Program-made: the position numbers and the translations under genes
Source: Candidatus Poribacteria bacterium
Lineage (GTDB): Bacteria; Poribacteria; WGA-4E; PCPOR2b
DNA: 64,000 bases
Reading direction: 5' to 3'
NCBI GenBank assembly: GCA_965215015.1
Contig: OZ244042.1
Span: 2,272,001 to 2,336,000, forward strand
Notes under the pieces: model-generated
Told to the model about the DNA's origin: nothing
Databases searched by the model: none
Seen by the model: only the letters and a program-made list of their open reading frames with translations
Shown: positions 1-10,471 of the stretch, piece by piece
Layout of the letters: each line of letters begins with the position of its first letter
Numbering within the stretch: position 1 is the first letter of the stretch

Positions 1-387
1 CACACCGTTGAATACGGACCACCCCACGGCGTACACAGTATAGCTTTCTGCTTTTGCAATTTCAGCTGCCTGTGCCGTTGTTGCAATATAGTGGAGGGCA
101 TCAATCGGTGTCCTTTCATCCACGCAGCCGATATACTGTTTGAAACGTTCACGATTTGACGCAATTGAGGCAGTATAAGCCTCGTGTGAGTGATAATCTC
201 GCTGCCACAGTTGTTGCCGCGATTCGACAGAATCCGCCACTGCTTGCGCCACAAATTTGTCCAAACTCATTACCATTTGGGCGGCGAGATCGCCACCCAT
301 CGTTAAAGGATTTGTTCCCGGTAACGTATCAACTTCCGCCGATAATGCTGCAGCCAAAAACCCAAAACCAAATGTAGAAGTATTCAT
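1..387 (-). CDS. N-terminal part of a probable alpha/beta-hydrolase (dienelactone hydrolase-like); runs off the window edge
   Basis: Not in the ORF track. Translated by hand from ATG 387: MNTSTFGFGFLAAALSAEVDTLPGTNPLTMGGDLAAQMV...YTVYAVRWSVFNGV, open to base 1. It starts 20 bp downstream of the CoA-transferase stop on the same strand. Confidence 0.6.
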   Translation of the reverse strand, partial: MNTSTFGFGFLAAALSAEVDTLPGTNPLTMGGDLAAQMVMSLDKFVAQAVADSVESRQQLWQRDYHSHEAYTASIASNRERFKQYIGCVDERTPIDALHYIATTAQAAEIAKAESYTVYAVGWSVFNGV

Positions 388-407
388 AGAAGAGCCGCCT
401 CCACGTT

Positions 408-1595
408 TTATACAACCCCATCCTTTTTCAATTCATTAACCTCTTCCATTCCTAACCCCAACAAGCCGGTCAAAACCTCCGATGTATGCTCACCAAGGTG
501 TGGCGCGGGGACATCAATTTGACCCGGTGTCTCTGAAAGTTTGATCGGCATCCCCGGAATCTGAACGGTGCCGGTTGTGTCATGCTTGACTTCAGCGATC
601 ATATCTCGTGCCAGCACTTGAGGGTCGTTTGCCACCTTATCAACGGTATTTACCGGACCACACGGCACACCAATCGCCTCCAACGCTTCAACCCACGCCT
701 CAGTCGTGCGGCCGCGCATGATTTCAGCGAGAATTGGAAAAAGGGATTCATGATTCTCGGTGCGCAGCGCATTTGTATGGAACCGCTCATCGTTAATCAG
801 CTCGGGACGATTGACATGTTCACAAAACTTCCGCCACAGCTCATTGTTTCCGATTGCGATTACCACATAGCCATCGGCGGACTCAAAAATCTCAAACGGC
901 GTTATTGCCGGATGCCGTCTACCCAACGGGCGTGGAATGTCGCCGGTGGAGAAATAGCGAACCATTGCGTTTTCCAAGATTGCTACCTGACAATCTAGCA
1001 TCCCAACGTCAATAAGTTGTCCTTTACTAGTTTGATCGCGATGCCTAAGGGCGGAGAGAATCCCGATAGCGGTAAACAACGCCGACGTTATATCACCAAT
1101 CGAAGTCCCCACACGCACGGGTGGACGATCCGGCTCGCCGGTTATACTGATGATTCCTCCCATTCCTTGAATAATCATGTCGTATGCCCCCCGCATTGCA
1201 TACGGGCCCGTCTGGCCAAACCCTGAACAGGCGGCATAGAGCAGAGACGGGTGGTGTGTCTTGAGCGACTCGTAATCCAAGCCAAGTTTTTCCATTGTCC
1301 CAGGTCGAAAATTCTCGACAAGGATGTCCGATTGCTTGACCAATTTTAGGAAGAGCTCCTTACCACGTGGAGCCTTCAGGTTCAAAGTAACACTTTTTTT
1401 TCCTCGATTGACGCTCATAAAGTAGAGGCTGAAGTCGTTCTTGAAGGGACCGAAATCCCTTGCCTCATCTCCGCTCCCCGGCTGCTCGATCTTAACTACC
1501 TCCGCGCCAAGGTCCCGCAAGATCATTGTCGCGTAGGGGCCTGCTAAAATGCGCGTGAGATCTAAAACCCGTATTCCTTTTAATGGACCTGTCAT
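408..1595 (-). CDS. CaiB/BaiF family (class III) CoA-transferase
   Basis: PLKGIRVLDLTRILAGPYATMILRDLGAEVVKIE, NRGKKS, ENFRPG, AYDMIIQ and APHLGEHT motifs. Confidence 0.95.
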   Translation of the reverse strand: MTGPLKGIRVLDLTRILAGPYATMILRDLGAEVVKIEQPGSGDEARDFGPFKNDFSLYFMSVNRGKKSVTLNLKAPRGKELFLKLVKQSDILVENFRPGTMEKLGLDYESLKTHHPSLLYAACSGFGQTGPYAMRGAYDMIIQGMGGIISITGEPDRPPVRVGTSIGDITSALFTAIGILSALRHRDQTSKGQLIDVGMLDCQVAILENAMVRYFSTGDIPRPLGRRHPAITPFEIFESADGYVVIAIGNNELWRKFCEHVNRPELINDERFHTNALRTENHESLFPILAEIMRGRTTEAWVEALEAIGVPCGPVNTVDKVANDPQVLARDMIAEVKHDTTGTVQIPGMPIKLSETPGQIDVPAPHLGEHTSEVLTGLLGLGMEEVNELKKDGVV

Positions 1596-1867
1596 CTATT
1601 TTCCTTCCAACCATCATCTGGTCATTTAATAACCTAAGTTGCTGCCTATTCTCATCAGGCGGGTTTTTTATCTCCCCTCCGATAGTAAGTCAGGCGTCCT
1701 AGTCCGACCCTCAAAGCAATATGTCGTAATCTCCGCAAGAATTAAAAAAGGCTCAACGGCTTTTCTTTTTTCTCGATAAATCTGTCCCGATTTCGTTGAT
1801 GCGATTAGGGGCACTGAGGGGTTATGGGTCGGGCAATAGGTCTATATTCATAGCTCGACACAGAACT

Positions 1868-2006
1868 GTCGATTTTGGAAAATTGACCTAGAGCAAGGCA
1901 CTCACAAGGGTTGCCCCTACACACATTGACCCAATGTAGGAGCAGGTCCTGTGCCTGCCCAAAATACTCTCGGAACAGAGATAAGTTCAATTTGTCAAAT
2001 ATCAAC
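1868..2006. mobile_element. MITE-like element with imperfect terminal inverted repeats enclosing two GTAG REP-like palindromes
   Basis: Left end GTCGATTTTGGAAAATTGACCT matches the reverse complement of the right end AGTTCAATTTGTCAAATATCAAC. Inside: CACAAGGGTTGCCCCTAC and GTAGGAGCAGGTCCTGTGCCTGCCC. Confidence 0.45.
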
Positions 2007-2091
2007 GCGCCCTAGCAACTTGCGTTAAAATGATAACATTTTCGACAAAAAAGTCAAAAAAAATCGTGGCTCATTTAAATAAAAAGGAATA

Positions 2092-2205
2092 GGACTTACG
2101 CAGTTGAAGGCTCAAAGCCTTGTCGCCCGGTGATTTATCACCCCCTGACACCGTTGCCAACGCTCGATGAATCTGGCAACTCCAGCAGAGACTCCATAAG
2201 GAGGC
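2092..2205 (+). mobile_element. MITE family A copy (end motif AGGACTTACGCAGTT)
   Basis: About 110 bp near-identical to 3218-3330 and to the reverse complement of 7300-7416. Confidence 0.75.
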
Positions 2206-2236
2206 CGTTCGGTCATGAATTAAACAGATTTTGGGG

Positions 2237-2266
2237 TTGACGGAGGAGACAATGGTGTGTTAAGAT
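2237..2266 (+). promoter_or_regulatory. Candidate sigma70 promoter for coaD
   Basis: TTGACG-N18-TAAGAT with an extended -10 TG. Confidence 0.45.
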
Positions 2267-2331
2267 TCATAAAGTAAAGGCATTGACTGAGCATCGTTGA
2301 ATGGAGCTTATGTAAGAAAGGAAAGATATTC

Positions 2332-2850
2332 TTGCCAAAAAGAATTGCCGTTTACCCTGGCAGCTTTGATCCGCTCACCAATGGTCATGTGGATCTGATA
2401 GATCGAGTTTCCGCGCTCACTGTTTTCGATGAGTTGACTGTGTTAATCGGCATTAATCCCACCAAGAAGACGCGTTTCACATTGGCAGAACGGATTGAAA
2501 TGTTGGAAGGTGTCATCCAACCTTATCCGCACGTCACCATTGACCAGTATTCAGGACTCACGGCACAATATGCACAGGAGCGCGGTGCCTCCGCAATCAT
2601 TCGAGGGCTGCGAGCATTCTCGGATTTTGAAAACGAGTTTCAGATGTCACTGATGAATCGCCAAATCGCGCCACAGGTGGATACGCTGTTTATGATGGCA
2701 AATACTAAGTATGCCCATTTAAGTTCAACACTGGTCATGCAGGTGGCACAGATGGGAGGGCTCAAAGTGAGTAATGAAAAGCTGTTAGAAATGGTGCCGC
2801 CGGTTGTTGTTGAGATGCTAACCCAGAAATACGGCCCGCCGATAGATTAA
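2332..2850 (+). CDS. coaD: Pantetheine-phosphate adenylyltransferase
   Basis: AVYPGSFDPLTNGH, IIRGLRAFSDFENE and LSSTLV motifs; TTG start. Confidence 0.95.
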   Translation: MPKRIAVYPGSFDPLTNGHVDLIDRVSALTVFDELTVLIGINPTKKTRFTLAERIEMLEGVIQPYPHVTIDQYSGLTAQYAQERGASAIIRGLRAFSDFENEFQMSLMNRQIAPQVDTLFMMANTKYAHLSSTLVMQVAQMGGLKVSNEKLLEMVPPVVVEMLTQKYGPPID

Positions 2851-2889
2851 AAATGTCAATTTAAATAAATAGAGTGCAGGAACCATATC

Positions 2890-3180
2890 ATGCGATTTCT
2901 CCAACCTTGTCTATCTATTCTCGCGATTTTTATGCTACTGATTAGTCTATATCGATTTGTAGAAGGGTTTCAGAATTGGCAGGAAGCCCGCCAAATCAAA
3001 CGACGTTCTTTGGAAGAGTTAGCAGCACTCGAGCGTGAACGAGATCGTCTGAAAATTCGGGTGGAAAAATTGGAGACGGATGAACTCACGAAAGAGCGAT
3101 TGGCACGACGGCTTAGCTATATTAAGCCCGGCGAGATTGTATACAAGATTGTTCCATCTCCCGATACACCCCGCAAATAA
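2890..3180 (+). CDS. ftsB: Septum formation initiator, FtsB/DivIC family
   Basis: N-terminal TM helix, coiled coil, C-terminal ERLARRLSYIKPGEIVYKI. Confidence 0.8.
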   Translation: MRFLQPCLSILAIFMLLISLYRFVEGFQNWQEARQIKRRSLEELAALERERDRLKIRVEKLETDELTKERLARRLSYIKPGEIVYKIVPSPDTPRK

Positions 3181-3217
3181 AGCCACCCCATTGTGCGCCA
3201 AATCTTTTATTTTCTTT

Positions 3218-3330
3218 AGGGCTTACGCAGTTGAAGGCTCAAAGCCTTGTCGCCCGGCGATTTATCGCCACTGGGCACCATTGCCAACGCCCGATAAATC
3301 GGGCAACTCCAGCAGAGACTCCATAAGGAA
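3218..3330 (+). mobile_element. MITE family A copy
   Basis: AGGGCTTACGCAGTTGAAGGCTCAAAGCCTTGTCGCCCGG...CAGCAGAGACTCCATAAGGA, matching 2092-2205. Confidence 0.75.
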
Positions 3331-3384
3331 TCCGTAGGGAATAACTATCGGAATTGTCTCAGTAGCTCCCCTCTGAAATCTTGC

Positions 3385-4533
3385 TCACTGACCAATCCGT
3401 CGCAATGGATAAAACAGACAGGCAGCTACCGCAAGGAGGATGCCTGCGGAGATCCAGCAGAAGATTTGGAAGGTTTCAGGCGTATACAGTTCCCCAGCAA
3501 AAGGAGGTCCCAATACCCGGCCGAGGCTAAGAAAAGCGTCCATCACGCCGATTGTGGCACCTTGACCAAATTTGGTTTGCTTAGAAATCCACGAGGCATT
3601 TGTCGGGCGGATAAGTTGATTGCCGATTCCAGCAATTGACAGGTAAAGGGTGAGCATCGCCAATGCTTTGGGCCAAGGGAGTAGGGCCAGTCCCACAGCG
3701 TTAAGCAGCAACCCGATGATAATCAGTTTGAACTCCCCAAAAACGTTAATCAGTTTTCCTAAAACACTACCCTGTAGTAAGGCAATCAATGTCCCCATAA
3801 TGACTAACATCCCCCCTAGCTCTTTTGCACCGTAGTTCAGTCGATCTTTGATAGATAATGGAAGAATCGTCTCCAATCCTGAAAAGGTAAACGCTGAGAA
3901 AAAAGCAACGAGAAAGAGCGGTGTCAGAGGGTGATTCATCGCTGACCAAGGAGAGATAATTGCTTCCCGCGTATCGGGAAGTCCGGTGAGTTTGAGAGAT
4001 TCCGGCAAAAAGCGTAAGGCAAAGCAGAAAGTGGCTAAGGACAACCCACCGGCGAGGAAAAATGGTAGACTGTGGTTGCCGATAATCCCACCGATGCCGG
4101 GGCCCGCAATAAAACCTAACCCCATCGCAGCACCCATCAGGCCCATTCCTTTCCCCCGGTCCTCCTCTGCCGTGACATCCGCAACGTAAGCCATTACCGT
4201 TGGCAGGATAGCTGCAGAAAACACGCCGGATAAACCACGCGCGATGAATAGCCAAGGCAAACTCTGCACTGCACCAAACAGAACCAGCGCACCTGCATTA
4301 CCAACAAGCCCTATCAGGATTGCAGGCCTCCGACCATATTGATCTGAGAGACGCCCCCACACTGGCGCAAAAATTAATTTCATCGCTGAATAGATACTTA
4401 TCAGGAATCCAATCTGTGAGGCACTTGCCCCCAACTCCTCCGCGTAATACGCCAGATGTGGGAGGATGACACCTAAGCCAAGCATGACCAAGAACATGGT
4501 CAGAAATAGGGCTATTAAGGCACTTTTTTTCAT
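3385..4533 (-). CDS. MFS transporter, TetA/DHA1-like
   Basis: About 12 TM helices; motif A (GRLSDQYGRRP) and motif C (GFIAGPGIGG). Confidence 0.92.
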   Translation of the reverse strand: MKKSALIALFLTMFLVMLGLGVILPHLAYYAEELGASASQIGFLISIYSAMKLIFAPVWGRLSDQYGRRPAILIGLVGNAGALVLFGAVQSLPWLFIARGLSGVFSAAILPTVMAYVADVTAEEDRGKGMGLMGAAMGLGFIAGPGIGGIIGNHSLPFFLAGGLSLATFCFALRFLPESLKLTGLPDTREAIISPWSAMNHPLTPLFLVAFFSAFTFSGLETILPLSIKDRLNYGAKELGGMLVIMGTLIALLQGSVLGKLINVFGEFKLIIIGLLLNAVGLALLPWPKALAMLTLYLSIAGIGNQLIRPTNASWISKQTKFGQGATIGVMDAFLSLGRVLGPPFAGELYTPETFQIFCWISAGILLAVAACLFYPLRRIGQ

Positions 4534-4695
4534 TCGTTATACCACCTATAGTATGTAAACAGCTTCCAAATAGGTATTGGAAATAGTCAATTATAGAAGT
4601 TCGGGAAATGCACCTCAAGCCCAAAAATTTCGGGCTTTATTCCAAAGCAGAATTAGTGTAAAATTAAAGATAGAACGTAACATAAGGAGATAAGG

Positions 4696-5931
4696 ATGAC
4701 GGTTAATCAGTTAAAAGGCAAAACTGTTGGAGCAGCGGTCTCAGGTGGGCTTGATAGCTGTACCATCACACAGTGGCTAGTTAATAATGGGGTTAATGTG
4801 GTCTGCTTCACGGCAGATCTCGGGCAGCCCGATGAAAAAAACATGAACGAAATTTGTGAACGAATGCTTGCATGTGGTGCACAAGAGGCGGTTATCGTCG
4901 ATGCAAAGGATGAACTGGCAATGGCGGGGATCAAGGTCATCCAATCCCAAGCGAAATATGAAGGGGGATACTGGAATACGACCGGGATCGCTCGACATAT
5001 CACTGTAGAGGCACTCCTGCCCGAAATGGAGATGCGGAGTATCAATATATTGGGACACGGCTGCACCGGTCGAGGCAACGATCAGGTGCGGTTTCAGATT
5101 GCAACCAATATGTTGAATCCCGATTTTGAGGTTTATGCTCCGTGGCGCGATCCAGCATTCCTTGAACAGTTTGGCGGCAGGAGAGAGATGATCGACTTTT
5201 GTAATGCACACGGCCTGCCGATTCGAGCGACCCATGAAAAACCGTACTCCACCGATGCAAATATGCTCGGTTTAACCCATGAGGCGGGCAGATTAGAATC
5301 TCTCAAAACGCCTGCCGGCTTTATTACACCAGGCATGGGCGTTCACCCCAAGGACGCCTCCGATGAGATTGAACACTTCACGGTCACCTTTGATAGAGGG
5401 ATACCACTGGAGGTCAACGGGAGTCCGGTGATTCCCTTCCAGGCCCTCGCAGAAGCCAATCGCATCGCCGGAAGAAACGGTGTTGGCATCGGAATCCACA
5501 CTGTCGAAAATCGGTTCGTTGGAATTAAGAGCCGAGGGGTTTATGAATCGCCGGGGATGGAACTGCTTGGCCGGTGTTACGAGTTCCTGCTTCAACTCAT
5601 CTTGGATCGACGATCGCGGCGTGTTTTTGATCAGGTGTCAGGGGTTGTAGCTGAACAAATCTATCAAGGCTACTGGTTCGATACTGCCACCCAATCGATG
5701 CTCGCTTCCATTGAGCCTTTCACTCGCATGGCTTCTGGAGATATTACCGTTGCACTGTATAAGGGAAATATCGCATTCCACTCTGCTGTCGGTGTAACGC
5801 ATTCGCTCTATTCGGAGGAGACCTCCTCAATGGAAGCGATTGGCGACTTCAACCACGCGGATTCAGAGGGGTTCTTGTCTGTGCTCGGCCTCAGTGCGAA
5901 GGCGTTGTCTGCCGCGGGACAGACTAAGTAA
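4696..5931 (+). CDS. argG: Argininosuccinate synthase
   Basis: SGGLDS, HGCTGRGNDQVRF, YSTDANMLG and ENRFVGIKSRGVYESPG motifs; AAGGAG RBS. Confidence 0.95.
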   Translation: MTVNQLKGKTVGAAVSGGLDSCTITQWLVNNGVNVVCFTADLGQPDEKNMNEICERMLACGAQEAVIVDAKDELAMAGIKVIQSQAKYEGGYWNTTGIARHITVEALLPEMEMRSINILGHGCTGRGNDQVRFQIATNMLNPDFEVYAPWRDPAFLEQFGGRREMIDFCNAHGLPIRATHEKPYSTDANMLGLTHEAGRLESLKTPAGFITPGMGVHPKDASDEIEHFTVTFDRGIPLEVNGSPVIPFQALAEANRIAGRNGVGIGIHTVENRFVGIKSRGVYESPGMELLGRCYEFLLQLILDRRSRRVFDQVSGVVAEQIYQGYWFDTATQSMLASIEPFTRMASGDITVALYKGNIAFHSAVGVTHSLYSEETSSMEAIGDFNHADSEGFLSVLGLSAKALSAAGQTK

Positions 5932-6024
5932 CGGCATCGCCCGACAACCTTCGTTTATTGCTCGGCTAAAAATATCTCCCCCATTTTTTCCTTACCTGCA
6001 AGTTCACACATACCATGGGACCGA

Positions 6025-6507
6025 ATGACAACCATTAAAACAAAAATCACCGACATACTTGATGCACACAAAATCTCGTATCGATTGTTACGGCACAGTG
6101 AACCCGTTTTCACCGTTGAGGAAGCGGCAGCCCAACGCGGCGTGTCCAAAGACGAAATGGTCAAATCCCTCCTGCTCCGGGACAAAGATGAGCACTATGT
6201 CATGGCGTGTGTGCTGGGCTATTCACGCGTCAATCCGAAGGCTGTCCGTGCCTACGTCCCCAAGGAGTGGAGACGATTGAGCTTTGCTACAGCGGAGGAG
6301 ATTTTGTCTGTGACGGGCTGCGTCCAAGGTGCCGTTGCACCGTTGGGCCTGCATGATAGTGTGCCCGTTATCTTTGATGAAGCGATTGCACGATGCCAAA
6401 AAGTTAATATCAGCAGTGGCGATCCCGCGGCGGGTCTGGAACTTAACGCCCAAGACTTAATCAAGGCTACTGATGCTCAAATTGCCGCCATTGCAGACTA
6501 CCTGTGA
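6025..6507 (+). CDS. YbaK/EbsC family aminoacyl-tRNA deacylase
   Basis: TVEEAAAQRG, MVKSLLL, TGCVQGAVAPLG and ISSG motifs. Confidence 0.88.
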   Translation: MTTIKTKITDILDAHKISYRLLRHSEPVFTVEEAAAQRGVSKDEMVKSLLLRDKDEHYVMACVLGYSRVNPKAVRAYVPKEWRRLSFATAEEILSVTGCVQGAVAPLGLHDSVPVIFDEAIARCQKVNISSGDPAAGLELNAQDLIKATDAQIAAIADYL

Positions 6508-6558
6508 AAATCCGAGTGTCCTAGCACAGGCGCGGTGTTCCTACAGAGTGCCCCACCC

Positions 6559-6966
6559 CTACTCAATCGTGACCTTTACCTTCCGGTCCGGTCTCTCGTG
6601 CAGATGACCTCCCGTCCCGGGAAGCGCGACGCCTAAGCGCACAGATGGTTTACCGCCCTTGGGAAAGATGTGATGAAAGGTCATTGCGGGTACATAGACG
6701 AAATCCCCCGCCTTCGCGTGAACCGGTTGATCTTCACGCCCTTCGATGATCCAATCAATCTCCCCTTCAAGTACAACCCACCATTCGTCGTAGTTGTGGC
6801 AATGATTATCATTGATTTGACCCGAATTTTGATAAATGACTACACCTGCCACATGGTCGGCGAGGACAACCGAATGAGACCAAGGGGGTGGCCCCATTTC
6901 TTTCTTAATCTCTTCGAGACTAATACTGTTAAGCGTTGCATCTAGAATTGGATTGTTCAGTGCCAT
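6559..6966 (-). CDS. Cupin domain protein
   Basis: HCHNYDEWWVVLEGEI...AGDFVYVPAMTFH cupin motifs. Confidence 0.85.
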   Translation of the reverse strand: MALNNPILDATLNSISLEEIKKEMGPPPWSHSVVLADHVAGVVIYQNSGQINDNHCHNYDEWWVVLEGEIDWIIEGREDQPVHAKAGDFVYVPAMTFHHIFPKGGKPSVRLGVALPGTGGHLHERPDRKVKVTIE

Positions 6967-7189
6967 AGAATTTCTCCTTAAATTGAGATGTTTGAAAAGT
7001 CCAACTGCTTTGTTATACCTAAATTAGGGGCTGACTAGTGACGAGTTGATTCGTTGCATCAACAACCGAATTCATCTACATTTACGCGCCTCCCACTTTA
7101 GCAAGCATACACTTCAGTGTAACACTAAGTTCAGTCTAAATCAAGCAAAAGTTTGGCTCGATCGCAGCCGCAAGCCCACAGTTTTATTG

Positions 7190-7217
7190 TTGACAACGAA
7201 TTGATAACGCGTATAAT
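7190..7217 (+). promoter_or_regulatory. Consensus sigma70 promoter upstream of the enolase-superfamily gene pair
   Basis: TTGACA (7190-7195) - 16 bp - TATAAT (7212-7217). Confidence 0.7.
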
Positions 7218-7255
7218 GGAAAAATCACCCGCGATGGAAAAAGAAATTCTTTATT

Positions 7256-7416
7256 AGGAGTTACGCCCTTCAATAGGGAACACCGATTGTTATGCCCCGC
7301 GGCCTCCTTATGGAGTCTCTGCTGGAGTTGCCCGATTCATTGGGCGTTAGCAATGGTGTCCAGTGGCGATAAATCGCCGGGCGACAAGGCTTTGAGCCTT
7401 CAACTGCGTAAGTCCT
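7256..7416 (-). mobile_element. Complete MITE family A copy in the 5' UTR of the 7445 gene
   Basis: Inverted termini AGGAGTTACGC...GCGTAAGTCCT; body is the reverse complement of 2092-2205 and 3218-3330. Confidence 0.75.
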
Positions 7417-7444
7417 TAGAAAAATAAAAGAAGGAGACTAACGG

Positions 7445-8572
7445 ATGAAAATTGTTGATGTACAGACATTTCTGGTCGAGAACATTCCCCCCTATCAAGG
7501 CGGACGCCGCTGGCTGTTCGTAAAACTGATTACCGATGAAGGCATTGAGGGAATTGGAGAATGGTCAACCGGTCAGACTGGTAGAGAAAAATCGTCGATT
7601 GAGCTAATCAAGGATTTGGCAACACAGTTTGTCATTGGTGCTGACCCGTTCAAAATCGAATTGTTGTGGCAAAAAATCTATGCGACTGATCACGATTTCA
7701 GGCACCCCGGGTTGGCTCTGACGCCGGCCTTAAGTGCGATTGAGATGGCGTGTTGGGACATCGTGGGTAAAGCCCTAAATCAACCTGTCTATAATCTGCT
7801 CGGTGGTCAATATCATGAAAAATTGAGGGCTTATGCCTACATGCCGCACGGGGGGATATGGGAGAACCCCGAGAAGGCAGGCGAAATTGCCGCTGAATTG
7901 ATGGAAAAGGGCAACACCGCAATGAAGTTTGATCCGTTCCCAATCTTTCCCGCGCCGCGGGATATTCCGTTGAAAGATATCGCACATGTAGGCGAAATTT
8001 TTAGGTGCATCCGAGATGCGGTCGGTTATGAGGTGGAAGTTGGACTGGGCACCCATGGACAATTGACGACTTCCAGTGCAATTCGGATTGCACAGATGCT
8101 AGAACCATACTATCCTTTCTGGTTTGAGGAACCGGTGTCATTGGAAAACGTTGATGAGATGGCGCGAGTGGCATCGCATACCAGTATTCCGATTGCAACC
8201 GGCGAACGCCTGCTGACCAAATACGAGTTTGTCGAGGTCTTTCAGAAACAAGCAGCACAGATTATACAACTAGATGTGGGTCACTGCGGAGGTATTCTGG
8301 AGTCTAAGAAGATTGCCAGCATGGCGGAGGCACATTATGCAAGCATTGCACCCCACATGTACTGTGGGCCCGTTGCAGCAGCTGCCGCCGTTCAGGTGGC
8401 AACATGCAGTCCAAACTTCTTGATACTGGAGTTTAATCGGACCACTCTCCATGCCGACATTTTTCAGGAGCCTATAGTGTTTGACAACGGCTACGTTGCC
8501 CCACCAACGGCACCGGGGCTAGGAGCTGAGTTGAATGAGGAGGTTCTCGCGCGGCATATAGTTCAGTCTTAA
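7445..8572 (+). CDS. Mandelate racemase/muconate lactonizing enzyme family (galactonate dehydratase-like)
   Basis: AIEMACWDIVGK, KFD, WFEEP, IATGE, APH and PTAPGLG motifs. Confidence 0.9.
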   Translation: MKIVDVQTFLVENIPPYQGGRRWLFVKLITDEGIEGIGEWSTGQTGREKSSIELIKDLATQFVIGADPFKIELLWQKIYATDHDFRHPGLALTPALSAIEMACWDIVGKALNQPVYNLLGGQYHEKLRAYAYMPHGGIWENPEKAGEIAAELMEKGNTAMKFDPFPIFPAPRDIPLKDIAHVGEIFRCIRDAVGYEVEVGLGTHGQLTTSSAIRIAQMLEPYYPFWFEEPVSLENVDEMARVASHTSIPIATGERLLTKYEFVEVFQKQAAQIIQLDVGHCGGILESKKIASMAEAHYASIAPHMYCGPVAAAAAVQVATCSPNFLILEFNRTTLHADIFQEPIVFDNGYVAPPTAPGLGAELNEEVLARHIVQS

Positions 8573-8780
8573 TAATCAATGGTGTTAGTTTGCGGCTGTT
8601 GAGACACTCTCTGATCAGAGACTGGGAGTGAAATGTGAAGCATAGGGTAATACGTCAGATTAAAGACTCTCGGAACGGAGAGAAAATTTTACGCATTATT
8701 CCTTTGAATGAACCAATAAACTCAATATCCTCACCAACTTGTACCAAAGGTTAATATGTTTAGGGGGTAAAGAAACTTCT

Positions 8781-9968
8781 ATGACGACCTTAGAAGCACT
8801 TTCGGAATCCGAGAAAAACCGGGTGCGGGTTACAGATGTGAAAGCCATGCAGCTGAAAGACCAACTGGGTCAGTCCCTTGTAAAGGTTGAAACCGATGCG
8901 GGTGTTTACGGCATCGGCGAGGCAGGGGCTTCTGGGCCGATGGTGAGAGCGCATCTACAACATCTGCAAGCGACGCTCATCGGTCAGGATGTCTTTGAAA
9001 TCGATAAGCTGTACACCCGCATGGTAAACCTGCAACACCCCTACCGAGCAAACATCCCGACGGTCAGCGGCGTAGACATTGCGCTCTGGGATCTGGTGGG
9101 CAAGCTCTTGAATCGACCAATCTCAACGTTGCTCTCAGGAAGGTTTAGAGACGAAATCCCGCTATACATCAATACCCCTGGCCCTGACGACTGGTTTGAT
9201 CCCGTTTCGTGTCGAGACTGGTCGCAACGGATGAAGGAAGCCCCGCAAGGCTGGAATACCTTAAAATTCGGGTTTGAACGTTTGATGGGAAATGGACTGC
9301 CCGCAGGCCGCTACATTCCCGCCCAGATGTCCCAAACGCTGCGGGCAACTGAATTAGACCTAATCCGTCGGGGGTATGAGAACTGTCGAGAGGCGTTGGG
9401 GGTTGAGACCGATTTTATTGTCCATTGCCATAATGAATGGGATCTCGCCACTGCGATTGGATTGACACAGGCGGTTGCATCCAGCAACCCACTTTGGGTA
9501 GAGGATGCGCTGCCGGTGTGGTACTCAGACTCTTGGAAGGCACTGAAGCAGGCATCTCCGGTGCGGATTATCACCGGAGAGAAGCTCGAGCTGCCTCGTG
9601 AATTTCTACCATTTCTGATGAACGAGGCGTTGGACGCCATCCATCCAGACCTTGTTTTCGCAGGCGGCCTGACGGGATGCCGGAAAATTGCCGACCTTGC
9701 AGAGATGTTCTACATCCCCATTGCGACACATAACGTCGGCAGCTTGGTACAGAACATGGCGACAGCGCATTTCGGTGCCTCGGTCAGAAACTTCGTCATA
9801 ACGGAGACGCGGATTAGTCAAAACGCACTCATCGACGAAATGGCTGAAGAAAAAGTCCAAGTTGCCGATGGGAAATTGGCTGTGCCGAATGGGCCGGGAC
9901 TGGGGATTACATTGATTCCAGAAGTGCTGCACGAAAATCTAATCGAGGGCGAGCCGTATTGGGATTAA
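8781..9968 (+). CDS. Mandelate racemase/muconate lactonizing enzyme family
   Basis: GVDIALWDLVGK, WVED, TGEKL, HPD, ATHN and PNGPGLG motifs; ATG 8781 preferred over TTG 8739. Confidence 0.9.
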   Translation: MTTLEALSESEKNRVRVTDVKAMQLKDQLGQSLVKVETDAGVYGIGEAGASGPMVRAHLQHLQATLIGQDVFEIDKLYTRMVNLQHPYRANIPTVSGVDIALWDLVGKLLNRPISTLLSGRFRDEIPLYINTPGPDDWFDPVSCRDWSQRMKEAPQGWNTLKFGFERLMGNGLPAGRYIPAQMSQTLRATELDLIRRGYENCREALGVETDFIVHCHNEWDLATAIGLTQAVASSNPLWVEDALPVWYSDSWKALKQASPVRIITGEKLELPREFLPFLMNEALDAIHPDLVFAGGLTGCRKIADLAEMFYIPIATHNVGSLVQNMATAHFGASVRNFVITETRISQNALIDEMAEEKVQVADGKLAVPNGPGLGITLIPEVLHENLIEGEPYWD

Positions 9969-10049
9969 CGGACAGGAAATACTAATAGCCAATGATGCCA
10001 GTTTACAACTGTTGATACGCTGATTCAGGCAATAAGGAGGCCCCTGCCT

Positions 10050-10340
10050 CAGAGAGCAGATGAGGCAAGAGCCCCCCCTATGGTATTGGGGGTGGTTTGT
10101 TTTTTAGGTTATGGTTGGGATTTTAATAACGGTTGTGTGTTAGGCAAGCCATAAGGCCATAACGGTTATGGGGTTTACGGCCCGCGGCTCATAGCTGCCC
10201 CTTTTTTGAGTTTGTCGTAGCGCGTTCATTGCGCGCCAGAACGAGTGATCAATCTCCCTACTACATACCTAATGGGTGCTCATAATTGTTGTTTGAGTCG
10301 CAGATTCAGCCGATTGCACGGATACGGATACAGATAGAGG
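10050..10340. repeat. Composite intergenic repeat (REP doublet plus GCAGAT-type module) homologous to the units at 45345-45985
   Basis: Shares AGATGAGGCAAGAGCCCCC, GTAGCGCGTTCATTGCGCG...CCTACTACATACCT and TGCTCATAATT with the 45.3-46.0 kb units. Confidence 0.7.
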
Positions 10341-10471
10341 GCGCGGCGCAGACAATAGCTGAGATAAAACCCCACCTATGGGATTGGGATAGTCCAATGA
10401 TGCCCCAACCCCTCAAATCCTGCCGCATCCGTCCCAGCTCGCGTCGTTTTGACCCATCACTTAGGGACAGC

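Noticed and set aside
1690-1810. Transposase relic (minus strand GQIYREKRKAVEPF)
   Set aside because: Only a short resemblance to DDE transposase C-terminal motifs; too weak to call without a search.
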